Made by a program: the position numbers and the translations under genes. The notes beneath the pieces are model-generated. The model had not been told where the DNA came from. It searched no databases and was given only the letters and a program-made list of their open reading frames with translations. A stretch of 45,508 nucleotides of DNA. It comes from a virus. The stretch is from positions 1 through 45,508 of IMG/VR virus record IMGVR_UViG_3300031565_000079. One strand, 5' to 3'. This document shows, one piece after another, positions 13,420-21,849 of the stretch (position 1 is the stretch's first letter; every line of letters begins with the position of its first letter).

Positions 13420-13599
13420 ATGAAAATCATTAAAATAATTTTCATAGTAATTTCATTACTTATAGTAACTTACATTCTATTTCCTAAATATCAGATAATC
13501 AGTAATTCAGGAAGTATCTATAAATTAAACAAGTTAACTGGTCAGGTAACACGAGAGTACAATCCCATAAAGAAGCCAACTATTTTGTTAAAACCTTAG
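13420..13599 (+). CDS. Small N-terminally anchored membrane protein (59 aa)
   Basis: Start trimmed to the ATG at 13420, which follows aaaggtggttagtATG. The protein begins MKIIKIIFIVISLLIVTYILF. Its 3' end overlaps the convergent giant gene by 20 nt. Confidence 0.5.
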   Translation: MKIIKIIFIVISLLIVTYILFPKYQIISNSGSIYKLNKLTGQVTREYNPIKKPTILLKP

Positions 13600-16500
13600 G
13601 TTTACTGACTTTGTTTTTTAAAATTGTGGGTTTCTTTACTCCCAACGTTTTTTTTAATATTTCAGGTTTTTTAAATTTTGCAGGTTCAGCTTCTTTTTCC
13701 TTCCCCTGTTCTAAAACGTATTTAGTCCAGATTAAACGCCTGATATCATCGGTTTCTCCTTGAAGCCAATCATCTACTCCGTCAATAGTTCGATAAGGCT
13801 GATTGTAAGGAAGTCCAATTACTTTACAAATACCACTAATTCCATGTTGAAATTTAGACTCCCACGTCTTATAAGTTGCAGCCTTAATAAATTCTTCTCC
13901 GAAAGACAATGGTGCTGGCATATAACCACCGTAACCTTCCATTATATTGACGACTATCGAACCTACAAAGAACCATCCACCGATGTAGTAAACCCCCATA
14001 TCTTTAACGAGTTCTTTCCAGTCTTTGGGTGGTCTGCCTCTGGTAATTGTCCCGATTAGAACAGCAGGAAGAAACCATCCCCAAAGCACTCTATGAGCAA
14101 AAGTTCCTGGAGAGATTTGTCCAGCTTTCAATTTACCGAACATATCATGCCTAATATAATTCTGGTTTTTATTAATTTGGTTTTGAAATAGATTAAATAA
14201 ATTAGCTACCGTACCATCTCTAAACCATTGCGGAAGGTCTTTGGTTAATGCTGCGGGTTGAGTCTTTCTCATGACCTCACCTGTACGTTTTATGGCTTGT
14301 CTGTCTAAATCTGCTAAATCTGTGAATTGTATTGGTTTCCCTTGTATTTTATGAGTATTCATTACTGAATTGTATGTTCCTATCCAAACTGACAAAACAG
14401 CAAACTCATCTAATGCCCTGATTAAGAATAATGTTTTCATTCTTATATCTTTAGTTTTTCCTGTAAGTATTTGTTTAGCATCAGTAGTCTCCATCCATTC
14501 CCTCATTATCTTGTCAATCTGTCCTTTTCTGGCTCTCATTTGAGGGTCTTTTTGGAAAGCAAATTGTTTGGTTTCATTATAATGAAGGGCTACCTGCTCT
14601 ATTCCACTCAAGATAGTTGCTAAATCTGTTTCTGCTACTGCGTTGCACAGCGAAACAAGTTGTTTTGATCCTGATATGATATTGATTCCTAACATAGAAA
14701 AAAAGGCACTTGTCCTGAGAAACATTAAAGCCTTATCTGAAGTGCTAAGAATTTTACTTTGTTTAGCTTTTACAGAATCCTTAAACCATTTGACGATGTT
14801 ATCATAAGCGATTCTTCCATATCTTGGATTTTGAATAATTGCATTTTTAAGTTCTTCATTAGTAAGTAAATTATTGATATCTATTACAGTTTCTTCATAA
14901 GCCTTATAGTGTTCGACCTTTGCCATATCACGCAATAAATTAGATACACAATCTATGTTGATAATATTTTCAGCACGATGTGTTCTTGGTTCACGGAATC
15001 CTTGTTCTAAATAAGCCCGTCTTGTGGTCGGGTTGCGTTCCATGTCTATCGCTACACTATTATCTAACTCTTCATTTATAATCTGAATACCAAATCGATT
15101 TTTAACTTTCTTTAAATGTACCCCTCGCACTCTTACATCAAACTCATCAAGTTGATCTCCTTGTGTTAATTGATATTTCTGATAATATTCAGCCATAGCT
15201 TTTTCTTCTTTAGTGAGACTATTGACGACATTTTCAATGTCCTTATCTGTGAATTTATAAGGTTCTTTCATACCCTTCATCAGATATACCCCAGCTCCCT
15301 GTATATGTCTTTTAGCGTCTTCATCTAAAGAACACAAATACACACCAGTTCTTTGAGAAGGCGTGAGCATTAAGTCTCCCGTTCTCTCTTGTAAGAACTT
15401 AACGATATTTATTTTGTCGTCTGTTATAGATTCTTGATAATCTTCTATCTTTTTGAAGGTACTTAATAATTCATCATTAGTGCATTTATTTACTGCATCG
15501 TAAAAAGTCTCACACCATAGACCTCTTTTTTCTCCGTCCATTCTTTCAAAGAGTGATTCATCTAAAGTAGTATTCATCCAGAAATGACTCCAGATGTCTT
15601 TGATTTTCTTTTTTGAACTTTCTAATTCCCTCATTTCTTGCTTGATATTCCTGCCTATGGGAATTTCTTTGCCTTTATAAAGCGTCTTAATGAGGTCTTG
15701 TACGAGTTCTTCTGTCCTTCTCCCCTTTTGTATTTTAAGTAATTTACCTTTAGTTTTTCCTATATGAGCAAGTTGTAAGATAGTATCATGAACATCCTCT
15801 AACTGTGCTATAGTCATGTCATTCAAAGGAATTTTCTTTATGATATCTATGACTTCTTGAGGAATCCTTAGGTTTGTGTTGCCTTCCTTAATTTCCCTTT
15901 CAATGAATTTGGCTGTTTCTTCTCTGGCATGTAAGGTCTTCTGTTGTCTCTTTTTTAAATCAAACGTTTCCTTAATCGCTTCAATCTTATCTCTGTAATC
16001 TACAGCGATGTTTTGAGTAGGAAGTTTATTAATATCATTGATTAATTTTTTGATGTATTTTTTTTGTGCTTCTCTCTCCTTCGCCTTTGCTTTAACTTCT
16101 TTTTGATGTTCTTTTATTTTCTCTATTTTTTCTTCAAATTTTTCTTTAGTGGCAAAGATTCCTTCTTTCTTTCCTGCTTTAAAGACTTCTCTGGCTGTTC
16201 TTTCTTCGCCTTTTAAGACGTACTTCAACATATCACTTTCATAAAGTTCTATTTTCTCGCCTTTAGTCTGTCCTGTAACCTCTCTAACTTTAGCCTTTAC
16301 TTGTTTAGGAGTTAATTCTTCTCCCTCGGTGTAGATATCTTTAATCTTTACATCTTTAGGAAATTCTGGTTCTTCTTCTGGTTCTGCCATTTCTGCTGTT
16401 CCTTTAGGTGGTATAGGTGGTTTGGGTGGTTCTTCTACTGCCTTTTTGACCTTAATCTGCAAATATTGTTCTATTTCTTCTGAATATTTATTTTTAAATG

Positions 16501-18859
16501 ATTCTGGCATTATATCCATAACTATTTCAGGATTAATCCCGAATTTTGATGAGTTATCAATAGCCCACTTATAGGCATCTAATTCTGTTGCTAAAAATTT
16601 ATCTCTTCCCATTAATTCTGGAAAATATGTGCCTTCATCCATAGTTGTTAAATGCCCTATTTCATGTAGAGCTTCCCCTATCTTTTGTACCTCAGATTTT
16701 CCCTTAGTCCCAACAATAATTTCAGGGGTTGGGGTTGGAGAATAAAGAGTGATTTTAGAGTCAGGGTTTTCACCAATAACAATCCCAAACGAGTCCCTTA
16801 CATTATCTTTAAATTCCTGGAATATAAGTGGTTCAAGTTCTTTGGAGATAGTAGGTTCTTTCCCTTCTACCTTCAATTCCTCTTTCGGTGCAATCTTTTC
16901 TTCAACTTTCTTTAATACTTCTTTTGGTGTAATTTCTTTACCAACTAATTCTTCTAATTTTCTTATCGTTTTTTCGCTTACAAATTCTGACGTAACATCA
17001 GCTTTAGGTAGTTCAGTAACCTTTACTTTTTCTAAGGGAATACCATATTTTTTAGCATATATTTCTTCTTTAGTAGGTTCTTTGGGTTTTGTCTTCATTT
17101 CTTCTTCGGTTTTATAAGCATAGGTTTCCATTTCTGATTCTCTCTCAAAAATCCCCAATATTGCTTTTTGTATATCTGGGTCAGTCTTAACTTTTTCCAT
17201 AATTGTTATTGGGTTTAAGTTAGGCAATATTTTAGCTATTGTTTTTAGTTGTTTTTCTACTATATTTCCAATTAATCCCTTTTTCTGTTCTGGTGAAAGT
17301 TCAGTTAAATCTATAGTCTGTTCAACGTTTGTAGTTATTGCAGATGCCCCACCACCGAGAACTGCTCCGATTGAAGTGGATTCCGCAGTACCTTCCCAAA
17401 TACTTCTCGTTTTATCCCAACCTATTGTTGCAACGAGATTTTCTCCTATTTGTTGTGAAAATTCTTGGAAACCTTCGAGTCCTGCATGTAGCAATCTATC
17501 AACCCAAAAGTTTCCACCAAATTTAGTAAACAACCATTCTAATCCTATATATTCCAAAGCACCTTCTATTACACCAGCAGTAACTGCGAGTGGCATTGCT
17601 TTACTAACTTTAACGTCTGCTTCTCTTGCTTCTTGATACATTGAACCTGTTTGGTACATTCCGAAAGCAACAGCAGCAGCATGTGGACTACCCGTTAAGA
17701 CACTTATACCTACTGCACCAGCCAATGATGTAGCACCGCTTCCTAATTGAAAGAGCCAAGCAGCAGTCTTATTGTCTAAATCAGGGTGTAATTCTTTTTT
17801 TGATAAAAATTCACGATTTGCTTTTATTATTTCCTGTGATTTATCAACTAAAAATTTATCTATCGGTTTGTATAATGCTGAATCTTTTGTTTTACTAATA
17901 GCTTTCATTAAATCTGTATACTTACCTTCATCGCCCTTAAATACATTGGGAGTGCCTTCTACTGCTTGCATATTCTCACCCACAAGACGCATTAATCCAC
18001 CAACAGCTTGAGGAGTGGAATAGATTCCATGTATAATACCTTTTATCGGTGCAGCAACATACTTATTAGCTCTGTCCAAATCTAACATAGGAGGTCGTCT
18101 CATCTTTTGTATTTCTACTTCTTGTTCTTCTAAATGTTTCCTTCTTATAAATTCCTGTTTCTTTTGAACAGAATAAATCTCATCTCTCTTGGAAATGTCG
18201 GTTTGCAATGTAGAAATTAAAGAATTGAATCGATTTACTTCTTTGTTATAATTAGCAATAATGGTAGGTTTTATTGTTTCGGGTATTCCCTCTAAGGTAG
18301 TATCAAATTCAGTGAGGTTTTTTTGCAGTTTAAGATAATCCTTATAATTCTTCTCAATAGATTCATTTAATACATCTAAAGGATTTTCTTCAGGTTCTTC
18401 TTCTATTGCTCCTGCACTACCACCCCCCCCTGATTTTTCTTTCTTATCTGCCTCTTCTTCTTTCAAAACCGAATTAAGTAAAGAGCTGGGTATTTCACCA
18501 ATCCCACCCATCCTTTGAGACCAACCAGCAGGTTCTTTCTCTTTTTTTTCTTCTTTCTCTCCTTGTAATTTACTTAATTGTTTGGCATAATCAGTGGCTG
18601 CTTTTGGCGTTTTAAATTTTCCCAAAAATTCTCCTGTTTTTCTATAATAATCAATGGCTTCTTGGTCTGATACTTTTCTCCCATTAATAATTGTAGGTAA
18701 TAATACTTCCACTCCATCAAAATTAAATGATTTTGAAAGGAGTGTACTAATTGAACCATCGGGATTTTTTATCACTGGTCGATTATTTAGATTTATATTG
18801 CCATACTCTAATATATCTGTTTCTTCTTCTTTTTTTAAAACTAAATCAAGTATTCCCAT
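13580..18859 (-). CDS. Giant virion protein (1759 aa) with an HExxH zincin motif, hydrophobic segments and long Lys/Glu-rich regions; candidate internal or ejection protein
   Basis: Single uninterrupted track ORF. ALHEIGHL is encoded at 16652-16666. Hydrophobic stretches include AAWLFQLGSGATSLAGAVGISVLTG. It follows two other candidate internal-protein genes. Confidence 0.85.
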   Translation of the reverse strand: MGILDLVLKKEEETDILEYGNINLNNRPVIKNPDGSISTLLSKSFNFDGVEVLLPTIINGRKVSDQEAIDYYRKTGEFLGKFKTPKAATDYAKQLSKLQGEKEEKKEKEPAGWSQRMGGIGEIPSSLLNSVLKEEEADKKEKSGGGGSAGAIEEEPEENPLDVLNESIEKNYKDYLKLQKNLTEFDTTLEGIPETIKPTIIANYNKEVNRFNSLISTLQTDISKRDEIYSVQKKQEFIRRKHLEEQEVEIQKMRRPPMLDLDRANKYVAAPIKGIIHGIYSTPQAVGGLMRLVGENMQAVEGTPNVFKGDEGKYTDLMKAISKTKDSALYKPIDKFLVDKSQEIIKANREFLSKKELHPDLDNKTAAWLFQLGSGATSLAGAVGISVLTGSPHAAAVAFGMYQTGSMYQEAREADVKVSKAMPLAVTAGVIEGALEYIGLEWLFTKFGGNFWVDRLLHAGLEGFQEFSQQIGENLVATIGWDKTRSIWEGTAESTSIGAVLGGGASAITTNVEQTIDLTELSPEQKKGLIGNIVEKQLKTIAKILPNLNPITIMEKVKTDPDIQKAILGIFERESEMETYAYKTEEEMKTKPKEPTKEEIYAKKYGIPLEKVKVTELPKADVTSEFVSEKTIRKLEELVGKEITPKEVLKKVEEKIAPKEELKVEGKEPTISKELEPLIFQEFKDNVRDSFGIVIGENPDSKITLYSPTPTPEIIVGTKGKSEVQKIGEALHEIGHLTTMDEGTYFPELMGRDKFLATELDAYKWAIDNSSKFGINPEIVMDIMPESFKNKYSEEIEQYLQIKVKKAVEEPPKPPIPPKGTAEMAEPEEEPEFPKDVKIKDIYTEGEELTPKQVKAKVREVTGQTKGEKIELYESDMLKYVLKGEERTAREVFKAGKKEGIFATKEKFEEKIEKIKEHQKEVKAKAKEREAQKKYIKKLINDINKLPTQNIAVDYRDKIEAIKETFDLKKRQQKTLHAREETAKFIEREIKEGNTNLRIPQEVIDIIKKIPLNDMTIAQLEDVHDTILQLAHIGKTKGKLLKIQKGRRTEELVQDLIKTLYKGKEIPIGRNIKQEMRELESSKKKIKDIWSHFWMNTTLDESLFERMDGEKRGLWCETFYDAVNKCTNDELLSTFKKIEDYQESITDDKINIVKFLQERTGDLMLTPSQRTGVYLCSLDEDAKRHIQGAGVYLMKGMKEPYKFTDKDIENVVNSLTKEEKAMAEYYQKYQLTQGDQLDEFDVRVRGVHLKKVKNRFGIQIINEELDNSVAIDMERNPTTRRAYLEQGFREPRTHRAENIINIDCVSNLLRDMAKVEHYKAYEETVIDINNLLTNEELKNAIIQNPRYGRIAYDNIVKWFKDSVKAKQSKILSTSDKALMFLRTSAFFSMLGINIISGSKQLVSLCNAVAETDLATILSGIEQVALHYNETKQFAFQKDPQMRARKGQIDKIMREWMETTDAKQILTGKTKDIRMKTLFLIRALDEFAVLSVWIGTYNSVMNTHKIQGKPIQFTDLADLDRQAIKRTGEVMRKTQPAALTKDLPQWFRDGTVANLFNLFQNQINKNQNYIRHDMFGKLKAGQISPGTFAHRVLWGWFLPAVLIGTITRGRPPKDWKELVKDMGVYYIGGWFFVGSIVVNIMEGYGGYMPAPLSFGEEFIKAATYKTWESKFQHGISGICKVIGLPYNQPYRTIDGVDDWLQGETDDIRRLIWTKYVLEQGKEKEAEPAKFKKPEILKKTLGVKKPTILKNKVSKPKVLTK

Positions 18860-18861
18860 TT

Positions 18862-20379
18862 TTACCTACTTGTTAAATAAAGTTTCATATATGCTTTTTT
18901 AAGTTCTTCTATATCAATACCCATAGCTTTGATTTTATCGAAGTCAAGGTCTTCCAAAGATTTTTTCTCTGCAATCATTTCTTTGGCTAATTCTAAGGTT
19001 TTGTTGGCTACCGCTTCTTTTTCTATTTCTGAACCTTCCTCTAATAAATGTTTACCAGTTACATTGAAATATTCTTGGTCGTAGTTTTTGGCTTTTTCGT
19101 ACCATTCCTGATAAGTCTCTTTATAATTAAGTCCTTCTGTATCAACTTCTTGAGTTGCTCCCTTTTTAATATCTGCTTCGGAAGGTTTGTTAGATATTCC
19201 CCATTTACAATATTCAATAACACTTATTGCTTCATCATATTTCTTCTTCATTAATTTTGGAAAATATTCTTTAGTCTCAAATGTTTTGGTGTCAATGTTT
19301 AAACCCTTTAACCTATTTAATTCATTTCCAAAGTCTTGTACGTTTTCTACTCTTTCCATAAATCCTTTTTCTATGCTTTCAGCAGTAGAGTAAGTAGGTG
19401 TTTCTAATTTTTCTTCTTCTTCTGGAGCAACATAAGCATCCAAAATCTTCAGTGCATTATTTAAGGGTATTTCCATATTATTGTCTTCATATATTTTTAT
19501 GAACATATTCCATTTCTTTTCAAAATCGGATAATTTCTCCTCTGCAACATAACCTCCTAATAGTTTCATAAGTTCATCTCTTGAGATTTCTTTTCTGTTA
19601 TACATATCAATGTACATTTGTGTATCTTTTTCTTTTGTAGTAATATCAAGAGCTTCTTTTTGTTGTAAAAAGTTTCTATATCCTTCAGGGTCTTCTCGTG
19701 CAAATTCTACCTCATTGGTTATTCTCGCTTTTTCTGGTTCTTGGGAATATTCCCAATATTCTGTAGCCAATTTTACATCTTTGGATAATTTTTCCTTTGG
19801 AGATTCTTGTCCTAATGCTTGATTCATAACCCATTCTTCCATAGGAGAGAAAGACCCCATGAAGAAAGGTCTGTGTTCTTTCATATAATTTAAGATAGGT
19901 TGATAGTCCATCTGACCTTCAGGCACATTCTGTATTGCATTTAGGAGTTGGGCTTTATCTCCTTTAGGGAACATGACTTCTGATGTAGGAGGCATACCTG
20001 AAGGCATACCTGAAGGCATACCTCCCATAGAAGGCATACCTAGAGAAGTCATTCCTTCTCTTCCTTTCATCATATTACCCATTACGTTAAATGTATCTAC
20101 AAATTGACCTGCTATTTCTTCGATTTTAGCAGTACCACCAGGATAAATTTCTTCCCCTGGGGTTGCATTTAATAAATCAATCATATCGGTAACTTCTTGT
20201 TCGGAACGTGCTTTTTCAAGTTGACCTATAGTTGTATCAATTAAACCTTTATTATATTTGTTTTCAATCATTCCCTTTATTCCCGACACAATAGATTTAA
20301 CCGCAGCCATCCTATCTTTGAAGATGTCGTAAGGTGTCTGACCTTGTTGGTACTGTGAAGGAAATTGTAATACTCTCAT
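18862..20379 (-). CDS. Virion (internal/ejection-type) protein with a GMPS repeat
   Basis: Track ORF of 505 aa containing MPSMGGMPSGMPSGMPP, which is encoded by 12-nt tandem repeats at 19991-20026. It lies within the structural gene chain. Confidence 0.7.
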   Translation of the reverse strand: MRVLQFPSQYQQGQTPYDIFKDRMAAVKSIVSGIKGMIENKYNKGLIDTTIGQLEKARSEQEVTDMIDLLNATPGEEIYPGGTAKIEEIAGQFVDTFNVMGNMMKGREGMTSLGMPSMGGMPSGMPSGMPPTSEVMFPKGDKAQLLNAIQNVPEGQMDYQPILNYMKEHRPFFMGSFSPMEEWVMNQALGQESPKEKLSKDVKLATEYWEYSQEPEKARITNEVEFAREDPEGYRNFLQQKEALDITTKEKDTQMYIDMYNRKEISRDELMKLLGGYVAEEKLSDFEKKWNMFIKIYEDNNMEIPLNNALKILDAYVAPEEEEKLETPTYSTAESIEKGFMERVENVQDFGNELNRLKGLNIDTKTFETKEYFPKLMKKKYDEAISVIEYCKWGISNKPSEADIKKGATQEVDTEGLNYKETYQEWYEKAKNYDQEYFNVTGKHLLEEGSEIEKEAVANKTLELAKEMIAEKKSLEDLDFDKIKAMGIDIEELKKAYMKLYLTSR

Positions 20380-20412
20380 AAAATCACATCCTTAAAAAAT
20401 TAACTGAAGATA

Positions 20413-21237
20413 CTACCAAGGTAATAAACCACCAGCATAATCCCAGAAACCTGGTACATAATGTTGTGTTGGTTGATACCAGTTACCCCAATCAGCCATA
20501 TATTGTGCGATGGGTGCTTGATAGTTAAACGGAAACAGTTCTTGTTGCGTTGCAACTTCCCAATCCGCCAATGCCTGTTTGGTGGCGATATCTCTTTCTT
20601 GTCCTGCCATTGGTGCAAAACTTTTGAGTGTTTCTATTTTCTGTCCTGGCATTGCAGACTCATATCCAGCATAACCTAATAATTGAGGTATCATACTTAC
20701 TTGTCTGTTAATATCTGCTTCATATAAACTACCCAATTCTTTAGTTAAGCCAGTTCCTAATATTCCCCTATATTCTGCTTCTGCTCCCATTGCTGGTTCA
20801 CTGTAAAGCATTCCACCTAATTGACTTCTCTGCCTGATACCACTTATACCCTTTGCTTCGGTTCTTGCTGTTTCTTCTTTTAATCCTTCATAATAAGGAG
20901 AAGTACGAGGATCATACTCTCCACCTAATACACTTTTTATCTTTTCCAAACCAAGTTCATAAGGTTCGGGAGTTCCTGCTCCCATCATCTTTTCTATAAT
21001 AGAAGTTCCCCAATCTACTAATTTTTTTTCTTGGTCAGATAATTTTGGTAAATCCACCGTAGGAAGGGTAACATCTCTACCCATAAGTTCGGTTAATTTA
21101 TCCATAGCTGGGTCGGTGTATTCTGTTTCAAGTAATTCTGGCGGTTCATCTTTCTCATAATGTCCTTTATTGGCAAATGCTATTAATACGGGAAAAAGTA
21201 ATGCCATTTTCAAAATTCTTTTAATCTTTTTCCACAT
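20413..21237 (-). CDS. Virion-associated protein with an N-terminal hydrophobic anchor
   Basis: Track ORF of 274 aa beginning MWKKIKRILKMALLFPVLIAFA. It lies within the structural gene chain. Confidence 0.65.
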   Translation of the reverse strand: MWKKIKRILKMALLFPVLIAFANKGHYEKDEPPELLETEYTDPAMDKLTELMGRDVTLPTVDLPKLSDQEKKLVDWGTSIIEKMMGAGTPEPYELGLEKIKSVLGGEYDPRTSPYYEGLKEETARTEAKGISGIRQRSQLGGMLYSEPAMGAEAEYRGILGTGLTKELGSLYEADINRQVSMIPQLLGYAGYESAMPGQKIETLKSFAPMAGQERDIATKQALADWEVATQQELFPFNYQAPIAQYMADWGNWYQPTQHYVPGFWDYAGGLLPW

Positions 21238-21685
21238 TTTTTTTCACCTCTTTCTCGATTACTCTATAGGCTTCTTTGAAGCCATATTTTTTTGATACTG
21301 CCCTAAAACCCCTGGTCATTGCACCAGCGATTCTATCGGCTTTTAGTATTTGAGCCATTTCTTCTATTTTCTTAAAAACTTTCAATCCTAATTTTAAATC
21401 CTTACCATCAGACCATGCCCATTCAATCCAGAGTATCTTCCCTTTAGCTATGTTATTGTTTAAGAACAGGACTGCACAAGAAGTTAAATCTTGTTCGTCA
21501 TTAAAAGTGACGAGTATAATGCATTTACCAAAAGCCAACCCTTTACTTACATTTTCTAAAAATATATATGGGTCAGCAGGGTCTTTTTTAACATACTTAA
21601 AAGTCGTACATATTCTTGCCAACACATTTGCATGTGAAGCAAAGTTTAATTTATTTATTATGTAAACTTCATTGGGTTCTATCAT
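21221..21685 (-). CDS. Possible GNAT-fold acetyltransferase-like protein
   Basis: Track ORF of 154 aa. The C-terminal half (ILWIEWAWSDGKDLKLGLKVFKKIEEMAQILKADRIAGAM...KKYGFKE) resembles the GNAT core. This call is weak. Confidence 0.35.
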   Translation of the reverse strand: MIEPNEVYIINKLNFASHANVLARICTTFKYVKKDPADPYIFLENVSKGLAFGKCIILVTFNDEQDLTSCAVLFLNNNIAKGKILWIEWAWSDGKDLKLGLKVFKKIEEMAQILKADRIAGAMTRGFRAVSKKYGFKEAYRVIEKEVKKNVEKD

Positions 21686-21849
21686 GGTTCTAAAGCCTCC
21701 ACTCTTTTATGTAATTCAGATATATCAGAATATAAGGCAATTACTAATTCAGAAAATACCTTATTGTATTCTTCTAATATCCTTTTCATTTCAGGGTCTT
21801 CTATATTTATATAAGGTAAAATAAGGTTCTTTGGTGTTAAAATCCTCAT
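21682..21849 (-). CDS. Small hypothetical protein (55 aa)
   Basis: Hand translation gives MRILTPKNLILPYINIEDPEMKRILEEYNKVFSELVIALYSDISELHKRVEALEP. It has a TAATG overlap upstream and an ATGA overlap downstream. Confidence 0.5.
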   Translation of the reverse strand: MRILTPKNLILPYINIEDPEMKRILEEYNKVFSELVIALYSDISELHKRVEALEP

